A DNA stretch of 25,111 bases, taken from the IMG/VR virus record IMGVR_UViG_3300012943_000059, positions 1 through 25,111 of that record. One strand, given 5' to 3'. Shown in pieces: positions 1 to 7,811 of this stretch. The translations under genes were made by a program, and so were the position numbers. The notes under the pieces are model-generated. The model was not told the DNA's origin, searched no databases, and worked only from the letters and a program-made list of their open reading frames with translations. Position 1 is the first letter of the stretch. Each line of letters opens with the position of its first letter. The stretch is from a virus. Taxonomy: Duplodnaviria > Caudoviricetes.

Positions 1-102
1 CGTCGTCGGGGCGGCCGCCGCCTGCCGTTGCTGGCAGGGCAGACAGCCCGCCTCCGCGGTCAGAGTGGTCAACGCGCGCAGGTTCAGGGAGCGACGAGCC
101 AT
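1..102 (-). CDS. Partial hypothetical protein (N-terminus only, runs off the window)
   Basis: ATG at 102 opens MARRSLNLRALTTLTAEAGCLPCQQRQAAAAPTT with no stop before base 1; TACCAT -10-like box lies 6 nt upstream. Confidence 0.55.
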   Translation of the reverse strand, partial: MARRSLNLRALTTLTAEAGCLPCQQRQAAAAPTT

Positions 103-108
103 GCGCTG

Positions 109-114
109 ATGGTA
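109..114 (-). promoter_or_regulatory. Putative -10 box (TACCAT) of a leaderless promoter
   Basis: TANNNT hexamer 6 nt upstream of the ATG at 102, with no SD. Confidence 0.45.
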
Positions 115-161
115 GGGCGCGGATCGTACCCGGTCACCCAGTCGGGTCAAGACTGTTCACC

Positions 162-665
162 ATGACCTTCACACCGACGCCCAAGGCCGAGCTGCCGTCG
201 ATCCCCGACCTGCACGAATTCGGTGCGGACTTCAACCAGTGGATGGTGAGCTACCTGCACTGGCAACAGGAGACCAACGCCGGGGTGATGGCCTCGATCG
301 CCGACCTCTACGCCAGGGCCGGTGGGCTCATCACGGACGGCTCGTGGCTCTGGGCGGACGATGCGGCGACCATCGGCACGTTCCACGTAGCCTTCGGGGC
401 CGGTATCAACGAGCGGATCGTCTCGGTGTCCCGGCACGACTCGGCGTCCAACCCGGTCACGCTCGGCGGGTTCGGACCGGGGAGGTACATGATCCTGATG
501 GACGACCCCGCCTACCCGCCGGTGACCGCGTTCCGGCAGTACGTCTGCACCTCACCACTGGCCGACCACGGCGACTGGTGGCAGTTCAACGCGGTCCGGG
601 TGGCGACGTTCGGGGTGCAGGACATCCCGGCCGACGGCACGCTCATCAAGCTCCTGTTCGGCTGA
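162..665 (+). CDS. Hypothetical protein, 167 aa
   Basis: Protein-like composition (W/F/Y-rich, not R/P/G-biased) and GC3-rich codons; no family recognised. Confidence 0.75.
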   Translation: MTFTPTPKAELPSIPDLHEFGADFNQWMVSYLHWQQETNAGVMASIADLYARAGGLITDGSWLWADDAATIGTFHVAFGAGINERIVSVSRHDSASNPVTLGGFGPGRYMILMDDPAYPPVTAFRQYVCTSPLADHGDWWQFNAVRVATFGVQDIPADGTLIKLLFG

Positions 666-825
666 CGTAGGTCGGCCGGTTCTCCGGGTCGGAGACGATC
701 TCCAGCGCGATCCGCGCAATCGCCTGGCCTACCTCGGAGTCGGCCAGGACGGTAATGGTGAACGCGCCGATGGTCACGCTGATGTGGGTCGGTTCCTCTG
801 ACTGGCTGCTACTGAGCTGGCTCAT
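646..825 (-). CDS. Hypothetical protein, ~59 aa (MSQLSSSQSEEPTHISVTIG...)
   Basis: ATG at 825 overlaps the end of the upstream ORF; the stop overlaps the convergent gene 162..665. Start is uncertain. Confidence 0.5.
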   Translation of the reverse strand: MSQLSSSQSEEPTHISVTIGAFTITVLADSEVGQAIARIALEIVSDPENRPTYVSRTGA

Positions 826-1021
826 CCACGGTCCACATTCCTGGCACGTCGCCTGGCCGCTTGCGTTCAACCCAGTAGAGGGAGTGATCGTAACCGGCCA
901 CCATCGCCGCCCGAAGCATCTTGTCAGCGAAGTCGGTCGCTCCGAACCTGGTCCAGTGCGTGGTGCAGACGTACCGGTAGCCAGGCTGATCGGTCCGGCC
1001 GTGCACCACGACCCAGCTCAT
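809..1021 (-). CDS. Hypothetical protein, 70 aa (MSWVVVHGRTDQPGYRYVC...)
   Basis: ATGA overlap with the polymerase stop at 1018-1021. Confidence 0.65.
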   Translation of the reverse strand: MSWVVVHGRTDQPGYRYVCTTHWTRFGATDFADKMLRAAMVAGYDHSLYWVERKRPGDVPGMWTVDEPAQ

Positions 1022-2991
1022 CCCAGGGCTCCGACATCGTCCAGACCCCATCGGGTCCCGACGGTCACCCCGACGGTCAGGGGCACGTCCAGGTCGCAGT
1101 CCAGGCGCCGTAGGTGGCGGCCGATGGTGGTCATCCGATCCTGGCAATCCAACGCGACCCGCTTCCAGTCCTCGGCCGGTGCCTCCACCACGATGTCGTC
1201 GTGCACGGTGGCCACGATCGAGGCTCCGGGTACCGGATCGACCCCGGGCAGTCGTCCCTCGATCGAGGCCGCCGCCATCTGCATCAGGTCCGAGGCGAAG
1301 CCCTGCACCGGGGAGTTGATCGCCTGCCGTTCGGCGGCGGAGGACAGGTAGTCGTTCCCGTCCCAGATGTCCGGCAGCCGCCGGACCCGGCCGATCGGAG
1401 AAGTCACCTGACCGGTCTGCCGGACCCGGGTGATCGACTGGGCGTGCCAGTCCGCGATCCCGACCCAGGTGTCGAAGAACGCGGCCCGGACAGCGATCGC
1501 CTCCTCCTCGGTGAAGACGACGCCGTAGACGGTCTCGGCGTAGGTCTGGAATCCGGCGGCCGACATCGCGTACAGCAGACCGAAGTTCGCGGACTTGCCG
1601 CCGTGCCGCTCCGAGGGCAGGACGTCGGCCGGGTCCTTGCCGGTGATCCGCGCCGCCAGTAACCGGTGCAGGTCGTCCCCGCGGCGCAGGGCCTCAAGCA
1701 TCGGTTCGCACCGCGAGATGAAGGCGGCTACCCGTAGCTCCACCTGGGAGTAGTCCAGGTCGATGAAGACGTGACCCGGCCGTGGGATGAAGGCCGGTTT
1801 GAGACTGGACGTGACCTGTTGCATGTTCGGATCGGACGACGACAGGCGGCCGGTGACGACCCGGCCGTAGTTGTAGGTCGAGTGGATAACGCCGGTCGGA
1901 TCGACGTGTACCAACCAGGAGGTCAGGAACTCCGACTTCTTGGTGTGGTTGCGTAGCTCCAACAGCTCGGCGGCCACCTCGGAGCCGAGCCTGGCCTGCC
2001 GGATGAGTACACCCTTGGACCACCGGGGATTCCCGTTCGGGGTCATCTCGGCCACGATGAGCTGCCCGTCCTCGATCGCCTTGGTGGTCCAGTCCCGGAA
2101 CCACAACGAGGTCGGGGCGAACGACGCCTCGCGCTCATCGAACCCGTAACGGTTGGCGAGCTTGGCGGACAGGACCTCGGCCTCGATCTGGTGCTGCCCG
2201 AGCTGGTCGACCACCCAGTCCCGGTCGAGCACCATGCCGCGCTGCTCGATCGCCGTCAGGGTCGACATCGTGGGCATGGCGCACCAGACCGCCAGCCGAC
2301 CCAGCCGGGCGTCCTCGACCTCATCGTCCGAGGCGGGCTGGTCACCCTCGCCGGACAGGAACATCCGCTCCCGGTGCACCGACGCCAGTCGCCATGTCCA
2401 GAAGGTGTCCCGGGCGGCGTAGAGCCCGAGGTCGACGATCGGCACCCGCTCGGCCGCCCCTGGTGTGGACAGGTCGAAGTCGTCCCACCGTGGCACGTCG
2501 AAGGTGGCCGGGGCACGCTCCTTGAGCTTGGTCGAGGCGTTCTCGTCGAGTAGGTGGGAGCTGATCATGGTGTCCCAGATGAGCAGGTGGGACAGGTCCA
2601 CCCCGGTATGGGCGTAGAGCCACCGGAAGTCGAACTTCAGGTTCTGATTGAGGATCGGCCGCCCGGCGGCCTTGAGCCAGCCCGCAATCCGGGTGATGAT
2701 CTCCCGCCACCGTCCCAGCCACACGCTGTTCGGATGGGACAGGGGGACGACCCAGGTGGTCGGCATCGTCACCCCGGCCGTCGGCAGGGTCAACGACGCG
2801 AGCACGATCCGAGCCGGGTAGCCGCCGTTCTGTGGCCCGCCGGACCAGGCGTACTCGGCCAGGCCGGTGGTCTCGCAATCAATTACCACCTCATCCGCAT
2901 CCACGATCGCGGCCCCGAGGTGACGCAGGTCGGTATCGGTCAGACCCCAGGTCACATACGCCGGGTCAAAGTCGAGCGTCGTCATCGTCAC
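1018..2991 (-). CDS. polA: DNA polymerase family A (Pol I-like; 3'-5' exonuclease + polymerase, no 5'-3' exonuclease)
   Basis: ExoI DCETTGL, ExoII NLKFD, ExoIII YAARD; TGRLSSSDPNMQQV; motif A DYSQVELRV; motif B RHGGKSANFGLLY; ERQAINSPVQGFASD; motif C TVHDD. Confidence 0.97.
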   Translation of the reverse strand: MTMTTLDFDPAYVTWGLTDTDLRHLGAAIVDADEVVIDCETTGLAEYAWSGGPQNGGYPARIVLASLTLPTAGVTMPTTWVVPLSHPNSVWLGRWREIITRIAGWLKAAGRPILNQNLKFDFRWLYAHTGVDLSHLLIWDTMISSHLLDENASTKLKERAPATFDVPRWDDFDLSTPGAAERVPIVDLGLYAARDTFWTWRLASVHRERMFLSGEGDQPASDDEVEDARLGRLAVWCAMPTMSTLTAIEQRGMVLDRDWVVDQLGQHQIEAEVLSAKLANRYGFDEREASFAPTSLWFRDWTTKAIEDGQLIVAEMTPNGNPRWSKGVLIRQARLGSEVAAELLELRNHTKKSEFLTSWLVHVDPTGVIHSTYNYGRVVTGRLSSSDPNMQQVTSSLKPAFIPRPGHVFIDLDYSQVELRVAAFISRCEPMLEALRRGDDLHRLLAARITGKDPADVLPSERHGGKSANFGLLYAMSAAGFQTYAETVYGVVFTEEEAIAVRAAFFDTWVGIADWHAQSITRVRQTGQVTSPIGRVRRLPDIWDGNDYLSSAAERQAINSPVQGFASDLMQMAAASIEGRLPGVDPVPGASIVATVHDDIVVEAPAEDWKRVALDCQDRMTTIGRHLRRLDCDLDVPLTVGVTVGTRWGLDDVGALG

Positions 2992-2998
2992 CCGTCGT

Positions 2999-3004
2999 AG
3001 TGTA
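2999..3004 (-). promoter_or_regulatory. Putative -10 box (TACACT) of a leaderless polymerase promoter
   Basis: TACACT-N7-GTG(2991), no SD upstream. Confidence 0.55.
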
Positions 3005-3198
3005 GTACGTACGTGCTGGTCACTGATCGGTGGGGCGGTTCATGGTCGTGCCCACCGATCGACTGCGGAGGTATGAGCCGACCGCCCAGAGAGGAGTGGG
3101 CGGTCGGCAGCTTGTGGGGTGGCCCGAGGGCCAGGGCGAAGACGATGAGGGCGCCCTGAATGGGCGGACGCTTTCGACGCTCCTCCGTGAGTACTACA
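3001..3198. ncRNA. Candidate structured non-coding RNA / multi-hairpin element
   Basis: Terminal IR TGTAGTAC (3001-3008)/GTACTACA (3191-3198); perfect stems 3025-3034/3051-3060 (10 bp), 3077-3088/3097-3108 (12 bp), 3132-3138/3152-3158 (7 bp), 3120-3124/3129-3133 (5 bp); no convincing ORF. Confidence 0.5.
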
Positions 3199-3227
3199 GA
3201 ATCATCCATGCTCCATCTTGAACCCGA

Positions 3228-3452
3228 TCAGCCCTCGCCGCGGTCCAGCCGCTCGCGCAGCCCACGCTTGATGTGTTCCACCTCGGCCGCGGCCCGGTCC
3301 GCGTTGGTGATCGGGATCGGACCGGTCGGGTGGTTGGTCGGGCAGTTCGGGTTGCTGCACGCAGCGATCTCCTCGGCCTGACCGAACGGCCCGACCATGA
3401 CGGTGAACAACCGTGCGCCGCAACGGTCGCACGCCGCATGTCGCCCGGTCAT
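3228..3452 (-). CDS. Small zinc-ribbon-like protein, 74 aa
   Basis: CDRC...CSNPNC; ATGA overlap with the upstream gene. Confidence 0.7.
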   Translation of the reverse strand: MTGRHAACDRCGARLFTVMVGPFGQAEEIAACSNPNCPTNHPTGPIPITNADRAAAEVEHIKRGLRERLDRGEG

Positions 3453-3790
3453 GCCCTGACCTCCTGCCGGTAGCGGGACACCGTCCGATCCGATACCCCG
3501 AGCAGGACGGCGATCTGAGCGGCCGACTTGTCGGCCAGTCGGCGCGTGGCCTCGATCCGGTCATCTATCACCGAGGGGACCGGGTGCCCGGCCAGTAGCC
3601 GGGCCACCACGACCGCATCGGGTGAGCGGTCCGGGAGCGGGCCGACCGGTGATCGGTATCGGCTCCGGGCGTGGCAGTCGGCACACTGCCGCTCCCCGCG
3701 GATGATCGACCCCCGCTCGGCGGTGGTCGAGACACCGACGTGTCGCCGGTCCCCGCAAGTCCGGCAGACACGCAGAACCCTACTGATCAT
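3449..3790 (-). CDS. Zn-finger + C-terminal helix-turn-helix DNA-binding protein, 113 aa
   Basis: CRTC...CADC, then SAAQIAVLLGVSDRTVSRYR (HTH signature). Confidence 0.75.
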   Translation of the reverse strand: MISRVLRVCRTCGDRRHVGVSTTAERGSIIRGERQCADCHARSRYRSPVGPLPDRSPDAVVVARLLAGHPVPSVIDDRIEATRRLADKSAAQIAVLLGVSDRTVSRYRQEVRA

Positions 3791-4139
3791 CGTGGGCGTC
3801 CTCGGTCGGTACCGGCTGGGTCGAGAGGACCCCGACCATCTGACCGATGTCGTCCAGGGCGAAGGCGTAGAGCTTGGCCAGCGCGATGCCCGCCCCCGGA
3901 CTGTCGTTCACGGCGTTCGCCTCGGTACGGACCCGGATGATCCGGTCTCCGATCTCGTTGATCACCTCGGCGTGCCGGGCAGAACGAGGCACCAGATCGT
4001 TGCCCGCGTCCTGGGGCACCGGGACCTTGGCGATCGCCCCGACCGCCCACCCCAGAGCGAACATGTCTTCGGGGGTGAGCTGGCCCTGGTGACCGTGGGC
4101 GAACTGCTGGACGCGGCGGGCGAGGTCGTCGTGGCTCAT
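3780..4139 (-). CDS. Hypothetical protein, 119 aa (MSHDDLARRVQQF...)
   Basis: ATGA overlap at 4136-4139; helical, protein-like sequence. Confidence 0.7.
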   Translation of the reverse strand: MSHDDLARRVQQFAHGHQGQLTPEDMFALGWAVGAIAKVPVPQDAGNDLVPRSARHAEVINEIGDRIIRVRTEANAVNDSPGAGIALAKLYAFALDDIGQMVGVLSTQPVPTEDAHDDQ

Positions 4140-4570
4140 ACCGACTGCTTGATGAGGTCGTCCACGAGGTCCTCGATCTCGCACAGGGAGTTGGACCCGT
4201 TGAACAGGTCCTCGGCGTCTGAGTAATCGAGGCCGAGGAGATGGGTTGCCGCACCCTCCACCGTGTGTCGCTGCCCCAGTCGTCCGAAGGACGGGATGTC
4301 CCCGGGAGGGGGCACGGCCAGTGCCATGCCGCCCCTCTCGACGGCGATCTCCCACCCGGCCAGGTGCACCGCCCACCCGGCAAAACAGGCTGCCGTGCCA
4401 CAGACCCCAGGAGTCACGACGAGCCGTGGTCCCTTCCCTTCGGAGGCCGCCTTGAACTCCGGGGATTCGATCACCTCGTTCGACAGGGTGATCCAGCTGC
4501 CCTGGACGTGGAACTGATGTTCGGACCTGATGACGTCCAGGGTCTTTCGCAGTAGGGGCTCGTTGATCAT
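4136..4570 (-). CDS. Phage protein with CGTAACFAGW motif, 144 aa
   Basis: Strong SD (GAGGAGGAG) before ATG 4570; paralog of 8586..9125. Confidence 0.8.
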   Translation of the reverse strand: MINEPLLRKTLDVIRSEHQFHVQGSWITLSNEVIESPEFKAASEGKGPRLVVTPGVCGTAACFAGWAVHLAGWEIAVERGGMALAVPPPGDIPSFGRLGQRHTVEGAATHLLGLDYSDAEDLFNGSNSLCEIEDLVDDLIKQSV

Positions 4571-4590
4571 CCGTTCTCCTCCTCGATCGG

Positions 4591-4719
4591 TCATCGGTAC
4601 GGGTTCTCCGTCTCGTATCGCTCCTGCTCCAGCCAGTGCTCCCGACTGATCCGCACCCAGGTCCAGACCACCCAGCCGATGGCCAGCAGGCCGATCCCGG
4701 CCAGCACGGAGCGGATCAC
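4591..4719 (-). CDS. Small membrane protein, 42 aa
   Basis: GTGA overlap at 4716-4719; hydrophobic VLAGIGLLAIGWVVWTWV. Confidence 0.6.
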   Translation of the reverse strand: MIRSVLAGIGLLAIGWVVWTWVRISREHWLEQERYETENPYR

Positions 4720-4955
4720 GGCGCACCTGCGCTCGGTTCTTCCAGCCGCAGCAGACGGTCCGGGGTGCCGACCCGCTCCCGCCACGACAGCGCGGACAGA
4801 TCGACCTTGGTGCAGCGCAGCTCCAGGGTCACCACCACGCCGACGGTGTCCGGGTCGACCTCCGCCCGGACGTTGTAGGTGGCCCACGGGAAGGGCTCGC
4901 CGTCGATGGCCATCACGCCGTCGGCGGTGAGCACGATCAGCTCCGGGTTCTTCAC
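4716..4955 (-). CDS. Hypothetical protein, 79 aa (VKNPELIVLTADGVMAIDGEPFPW...)
   Basis: GTGA overlap at 4952-4955. Confidence 0.65.
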   Translation of the reverse strand: MKNPELIVLTADGVMAIDGEPFPWATYNVRAEVDPDTVGVVVTLELRCTKVDLSALSWRERVGTPDRLLRLEEPSAGAP

Positions 4956-5317
4956 CGGCTCTGATCCTCTTCGTAGCCTTCGGTACTGGCGTCGCGCGGG
5001 ATGGACGGCGGATGGCAGCCGGTCAGCGAATGCTGGCTGCCGTCGCCGATGATCACGTCGGGACCAACCGACAGGGTGACCCGGCCGCACTTACACACCT
5101 GACCAGCTGCGAACGCCTCCCGTGCCACCGCCCGCTGCGCGGCGGGGTCGGTCGGGCCGAACACCTTGTCGGTCACCGGCAGGTCCCGCCGCAGATTGAA
5201 CCGGTCGACCAGGTACCGCAGTACCCGCTGCTGCGCCGCCGGGTCACCGGCCAGCGACTGCAGCCCGCGGACACACTGCTCGAGCACGCCCAGCTCCGTC
5301 GTCGCGTCCACCCTCAT
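4952..5317 (-). CDS. Hypothetical protein, 121 aa
   Basis: ATGA overlap at 5314-5317; CKC...HSLTGCH is a possible metal site. Confidence 0.65.
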   Translation of the reverse strand: MRVDATTELGVLEQCVRGLQSLAGDPAAQQRVLRYLVDRFNLRRDLPVTDKVFGPTDPAAQRAVAREAFAAGQVCKCGRVTLSVGPDVIIGDGSQHSLTGCHPPSIPRDASTEGYEEDQSR

Positions 5318-5544
5318 CCGGCGTCCCGCCCCTCGATGGCCGCACGCACCGCGGCGTCCTTCGCTTCGAGCAGCTTGCGCAGGGCCGTCGAGCGCTCGGC
5401 ACCTGCGGGCAGATTTCGCTCGACCCAGTGCGCGAGCTGCCAGAACTTCTCCGAGACCAGGGTGTGCTCATCCGGCAGATGCCCGTAGTCGAACCACCGC
5501 AGGATCGGGGTCGGCCGGTCCTTGCTCCCCTGAGAATCGGTCAC
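5314..5544 (-). CDS. Small helical-hairpin phage protein, possibly Acb2/Tad1-like, 76 aa
   Basis: FDYGHLP...SEKFWQLA...LPAGAERSTALRKLLEAKDAAVRA resembles a widespread phage family as I recall it; GTGA overlap at 5541-5544. Confidence 0.7.
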   Translation of the reverse strand: MTDSQGSKDRPTPILRWFDYGHLPDEHTLVSEKFWQLAHWVERNLPAGAERSTALRKLLEAKDAAVRAAIEGRDAG

Positions 5545-5789
5545 TGCCCACCGTCCAGGAACCGGTGAGTCAGGGTATGGAGCAGGTCGGCCGAGAGGCC
5601 GTCGGCCGTGTCCCGGGGCCAGATGTCCACGATCTGAGCCCGATAGCCCTTGGCGATCTCCACGAACATCCGCAGCGTGTCGGCCATCAGCGGCATCGAG
5701 GCCGTCAGCTTTTCCATCGCCACATCGGCCGCCGCCGCGGCGGGCTCCTCCGGGTTGGTGATCAACTCGAACTCGTTCACGTCAGGCAT
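5541..5789 (-). CDS. Hypothetical protein, 82 aa
   Basis: AAGGAG SD before ATG 5789; overlaps both neighbours. Confidence 0.7.
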   Translation of the reverse strand: MPDVNEFELITNPEEPAAAAADVAMEKLTASMPLMADTLRMFVEIAKGYRAQIVDIWPRDTADGLSADLLHTLTHRFLDGGQ

Positions 5790-6111
5790 TGCGCTCCTTG
5801 TTGAGAATCTTGTTGATGGCTTCGGCCACCGACGTGGGGTCCAGCTCGACCATGCCCCGCGACTCGATCATCACGGGCGTGCCCTTCTCCAGACAGGCGG
5901 CGACCCGGTGGATCGCCTCCGCGACCGCGAGGTTGGACAGGGCGATCAACACCGGCCCCAGGCCCTCGGTGTCCCGGTCCTGCTTGTAGTCGAAAACCGA
6001 CTGCAATGCCTCGTCGTACTGCCCTCGCGTCTGGAAGTTGTCGGTCATCGCATCTCTCACTTCCGGGGGCGGGTAGCCGTCGGGATACTGGCGGGCGAAT
6101 GGACCGGTCAC
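5782..6111 (-). CDS. Hypothetical protein, 109 aa
   Basis: GTGA overlap at 6108-6111; protein-like sequence. Confidence 0.7.
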   Translation of the reverse strand: MTGPFARQYPDGYPPPEVRDAMTDNFQTRGQYDEALQSVFDYKQDRDTEGLGPVLIALSNLAVAEAIHRVAACLEKGTPVMIESRGMVELDPTSVAEAINKILNKERNA

Positions 6112-6260
6112 CGGTCCAGGTCCTCAGGCATGACCACGACACAGGACATCGGCATGGGCGGGTCGTCGTCGTCGTCGGTGTCGCTGGTGACCAGCAGCAC
6201 CACCACTCCGACGACGATCACGGTCAGCACCACTGCCGCCCCCAGCAGCCACTCGCTCAT
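6108..6260 (-). CDS. Small membrane protein, 50 aa
   Basis: ATGA overlap at 6257-6260; TM segment WLLGAAVVLTVIVVGVVVLLV followed by an acidic run. Confidence 0.65.
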   Translation of the reverse strand: MSEWLLGAAVVLTVIVVGVVVLLVTSDTDDDDDPPMPMSCVVVMPEDLDR

Positions 6261-6427
6261 ATCCCGGCTTCGACGATCTCGATCGCCGCCTCCACCGGTG
6301 TGAGCCCGTCGTCGTACCAGACCCGGTAGTCGCCGTCCGGGAAGTCGAGTGCGCGCAGTGCGGTGCGTTCGTGGACCGCCATGTTCACCTCGTCCATCCA
6401 CTTCTCGAAGGTCAGGGGCTGGCTCAT
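6257..6427 (-). CDS. Hypothetical phage protein, 56 aa (FEKWMDEV...DFPDGDYRVWYDDGLTPVEAA)
   Basis: ATGA overlap at 6424-6427; pattern typical of small actinophage proteins. Confidence 0.7.
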   Translation of the reverse strand: MSQPLTFEKWMDEVNMAVHERTALRALDFPDGDYRVWYDDGLTPVEAAIEIVEAGI

Positions 6428-6651
6428 CGCGCCCGCTGGGGATCGGGGACCAGCCGCCGTAGTTCGTCGATGGCATCCCGCATCACGGGGTCCACCTTGA
6501 ACCTGTCGGGCATCCCGTTCCACGCCACCAGCACGAGGCGGATGGCGGACTCCAGCTCACCCTTGGCAGACAGGGCCTGGTGGTATCGCCGATCGAGCGC
6601 GTCGATCTGCCTTTCCAGGTAATCGAGGTCGGAAAGCTCGTCACTCAGCAC
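6424..6651 (-). CDS. Hypothetical coiled-coil protein, 75 aa
   Basis: GAGGAGG SD upstream of GTG 6651; heptad-like pattern. Confidence 0.65.
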   Translation of the reverse strand: MLSDELSDLDYLERQIDALDRRYHQALSAKGELESAIRLVLVAWNGMPDRFKVDPVMRDAIDELRRLVPDPQRAR

Positions 6652-6838
6652 AGTCGTCCTCCTCGTCCTTCGAGACCACGGTGGACAGGCTCACGGTCAG
6701 GGTCATGCTGTCCGCCGTGGTCCAACTGACCGAGGCGTTGCGGTAGTTGTCCTGGGGTAGCAGGTCAACCAGGTCGGTGAGCTTGTCGACCACGGCGGGA
6801 AGCTGGGCGCGAGTGACGCCATCCGGTGTGCGGGTCAC
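6641..6838 (-). CDS. Hypothetical protein, 65 aa (VTRTPDGVTRAQLPAVVDKL...)
   Basis: GTGA overlap at 6835-6838. Confidence 0.6.
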   Translation of the reverse strand: MTRTPDGVTRAQLPAVVDKLTDLVDLLPQDNYRNASVSWTTADSMTLTVSLSTVVSKDEEDDCAE

Positions 6839-7500
6839 CTTGTCCTCAGCTTCCCGGAGTCGATGTCGGACTTGAGGGCCAGCATCATCGGGTCGGTCTC
6901 GTCCTCGAAGAAGGCCAGCGCCACCAGCGCGTCCATCTGCCCCAGGAGCATGGCGGCGATCGGGTCGGGGACCCGCATCTCGGGGGTCAACCCGTCGAAC
7001 AGCCCGACGAACCGGCCACCCCGAAGCTCCTGAGCCCCGCGCCCGTCCTGCATGTCGTGGGGCGGTAGCCACTCCACCCTGCCGTGTCCGAGGCGCCTGT
7101 ACGGCAGGCTGACCATGTGATCGGCCACGCCGTTGCCGGTGTGGAACACCACGATCGCCTCGACCACGAAACCCCGTTCCAGGCCGCGATGGTGCTCGAC
7201 CAGGTGCGCCATGTCGCCGTGCTGCCACTCCTTCCCGGTGACCGGGTTCAGCCTGGTTTCGCCACTGGCCATGTAGGTGTCGTTGACCAGGAGCAGCTCG
7301 TCGGCGCCGAAGGAGGCCGCCGCGACCCGGGCGATCTTGGCGACATTGCCGCCGTCACCGCTGCCCGGGAGTACCTGGGCGACCATTCGTTCGTCGCGGA
7401 TCACCATGACCATCGGGGCGAAGTCCTTGCCCTGGGCGACCTGAGCCGCCAATGTGGCCTTGGCCGCCTCGACGTGACCCCGGAAAGTCTTATCGTCCAT
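6835..7500 (-). CDS. Hypothetical protein, 221 aa
   Basis: GAGAGGA SD upstream of ATG 7500; alpha/beta protein-like; no family recognised. Confidence 0.8.
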   Translation of the reverse strand: MDDKTFRGHVEAAKATLAAQVAQGKDFAPMVMVIRDERMVAQVLPGSGDGGNVAKIARVAAASFGADELLLVNDTYMASGETRLNPVTGKEWQHGDMAHLVEHHRGLERGFVVEAIVVFHTGNGVADHMVSLPYRRLGHGRVEWLPPHDMQDGRGAQELRGGRFVGLFDGLTPEMRVPDPIAAMLLGQMDALVALAFFEDETDPMMLALKSDIDSGKLRTR

Positions 7501-7529
7501 TGTTCATTTCCTCTCTTGTCGCGTGCAGG

Positions 7530-7811
7530 TCACTCCGCCCGAACCTCCTGGGCGACCTTGGTCAACGCGACCAGCAGGTCAGTCTCGGCCGCGTAGCTGG
7601 CCCCGCCGACCATGTCGTTGTAGGGGTTGTCGGGCTCCTCGCTGCCGAACTCCAGACCGATGGTCCAGCCCGCACTGGCGATCGACCGATTGCCCTGCCC
7701 GTCCTGCACCGGCCGTTCGATCGACCGATGGATGCCCAGGCTGCCGCCCTCCTGTTCCAGGAATCGGAGCAACTTGATCAGGACCTCTCCACTGAGCGAC
7801 GAGACCATCAC
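7530..7811 (-). CDS. Hypothetical protein, 93 aa
   Basis: GTGA overlap at 7808-7811. Confidence 0.7.
   Translation of the reverse strand: MMVSSLSGEVLIKLLRFLEQEGGSLGIHRSIERPVQDGQGNRSIASAGWTIGLEFGSEEPDNPYNDMVGGASYAAETDLLVALTKVAQEVRAE

Noticed and set aside
3025-3108. Hairpins as intrinsic terminators or a tRNA
   Set aside because: No U-tract on either strand, and no cloverleaf with T-loop or CCA signature.
2988-3221. ORFs 2988..3209 (-), 3030..3221 (+) and a 28-aa ORF 3073..3159 (+)
   Set aside because: No recognisable motifs, they run through perfect hairpins, and the GGAGG before 3073 is only 1 nt from the ATG. A non-coding explanation fits better, though 2988..3209 does abut the polymerase start with a GTGA overlap and is not fully excluded.
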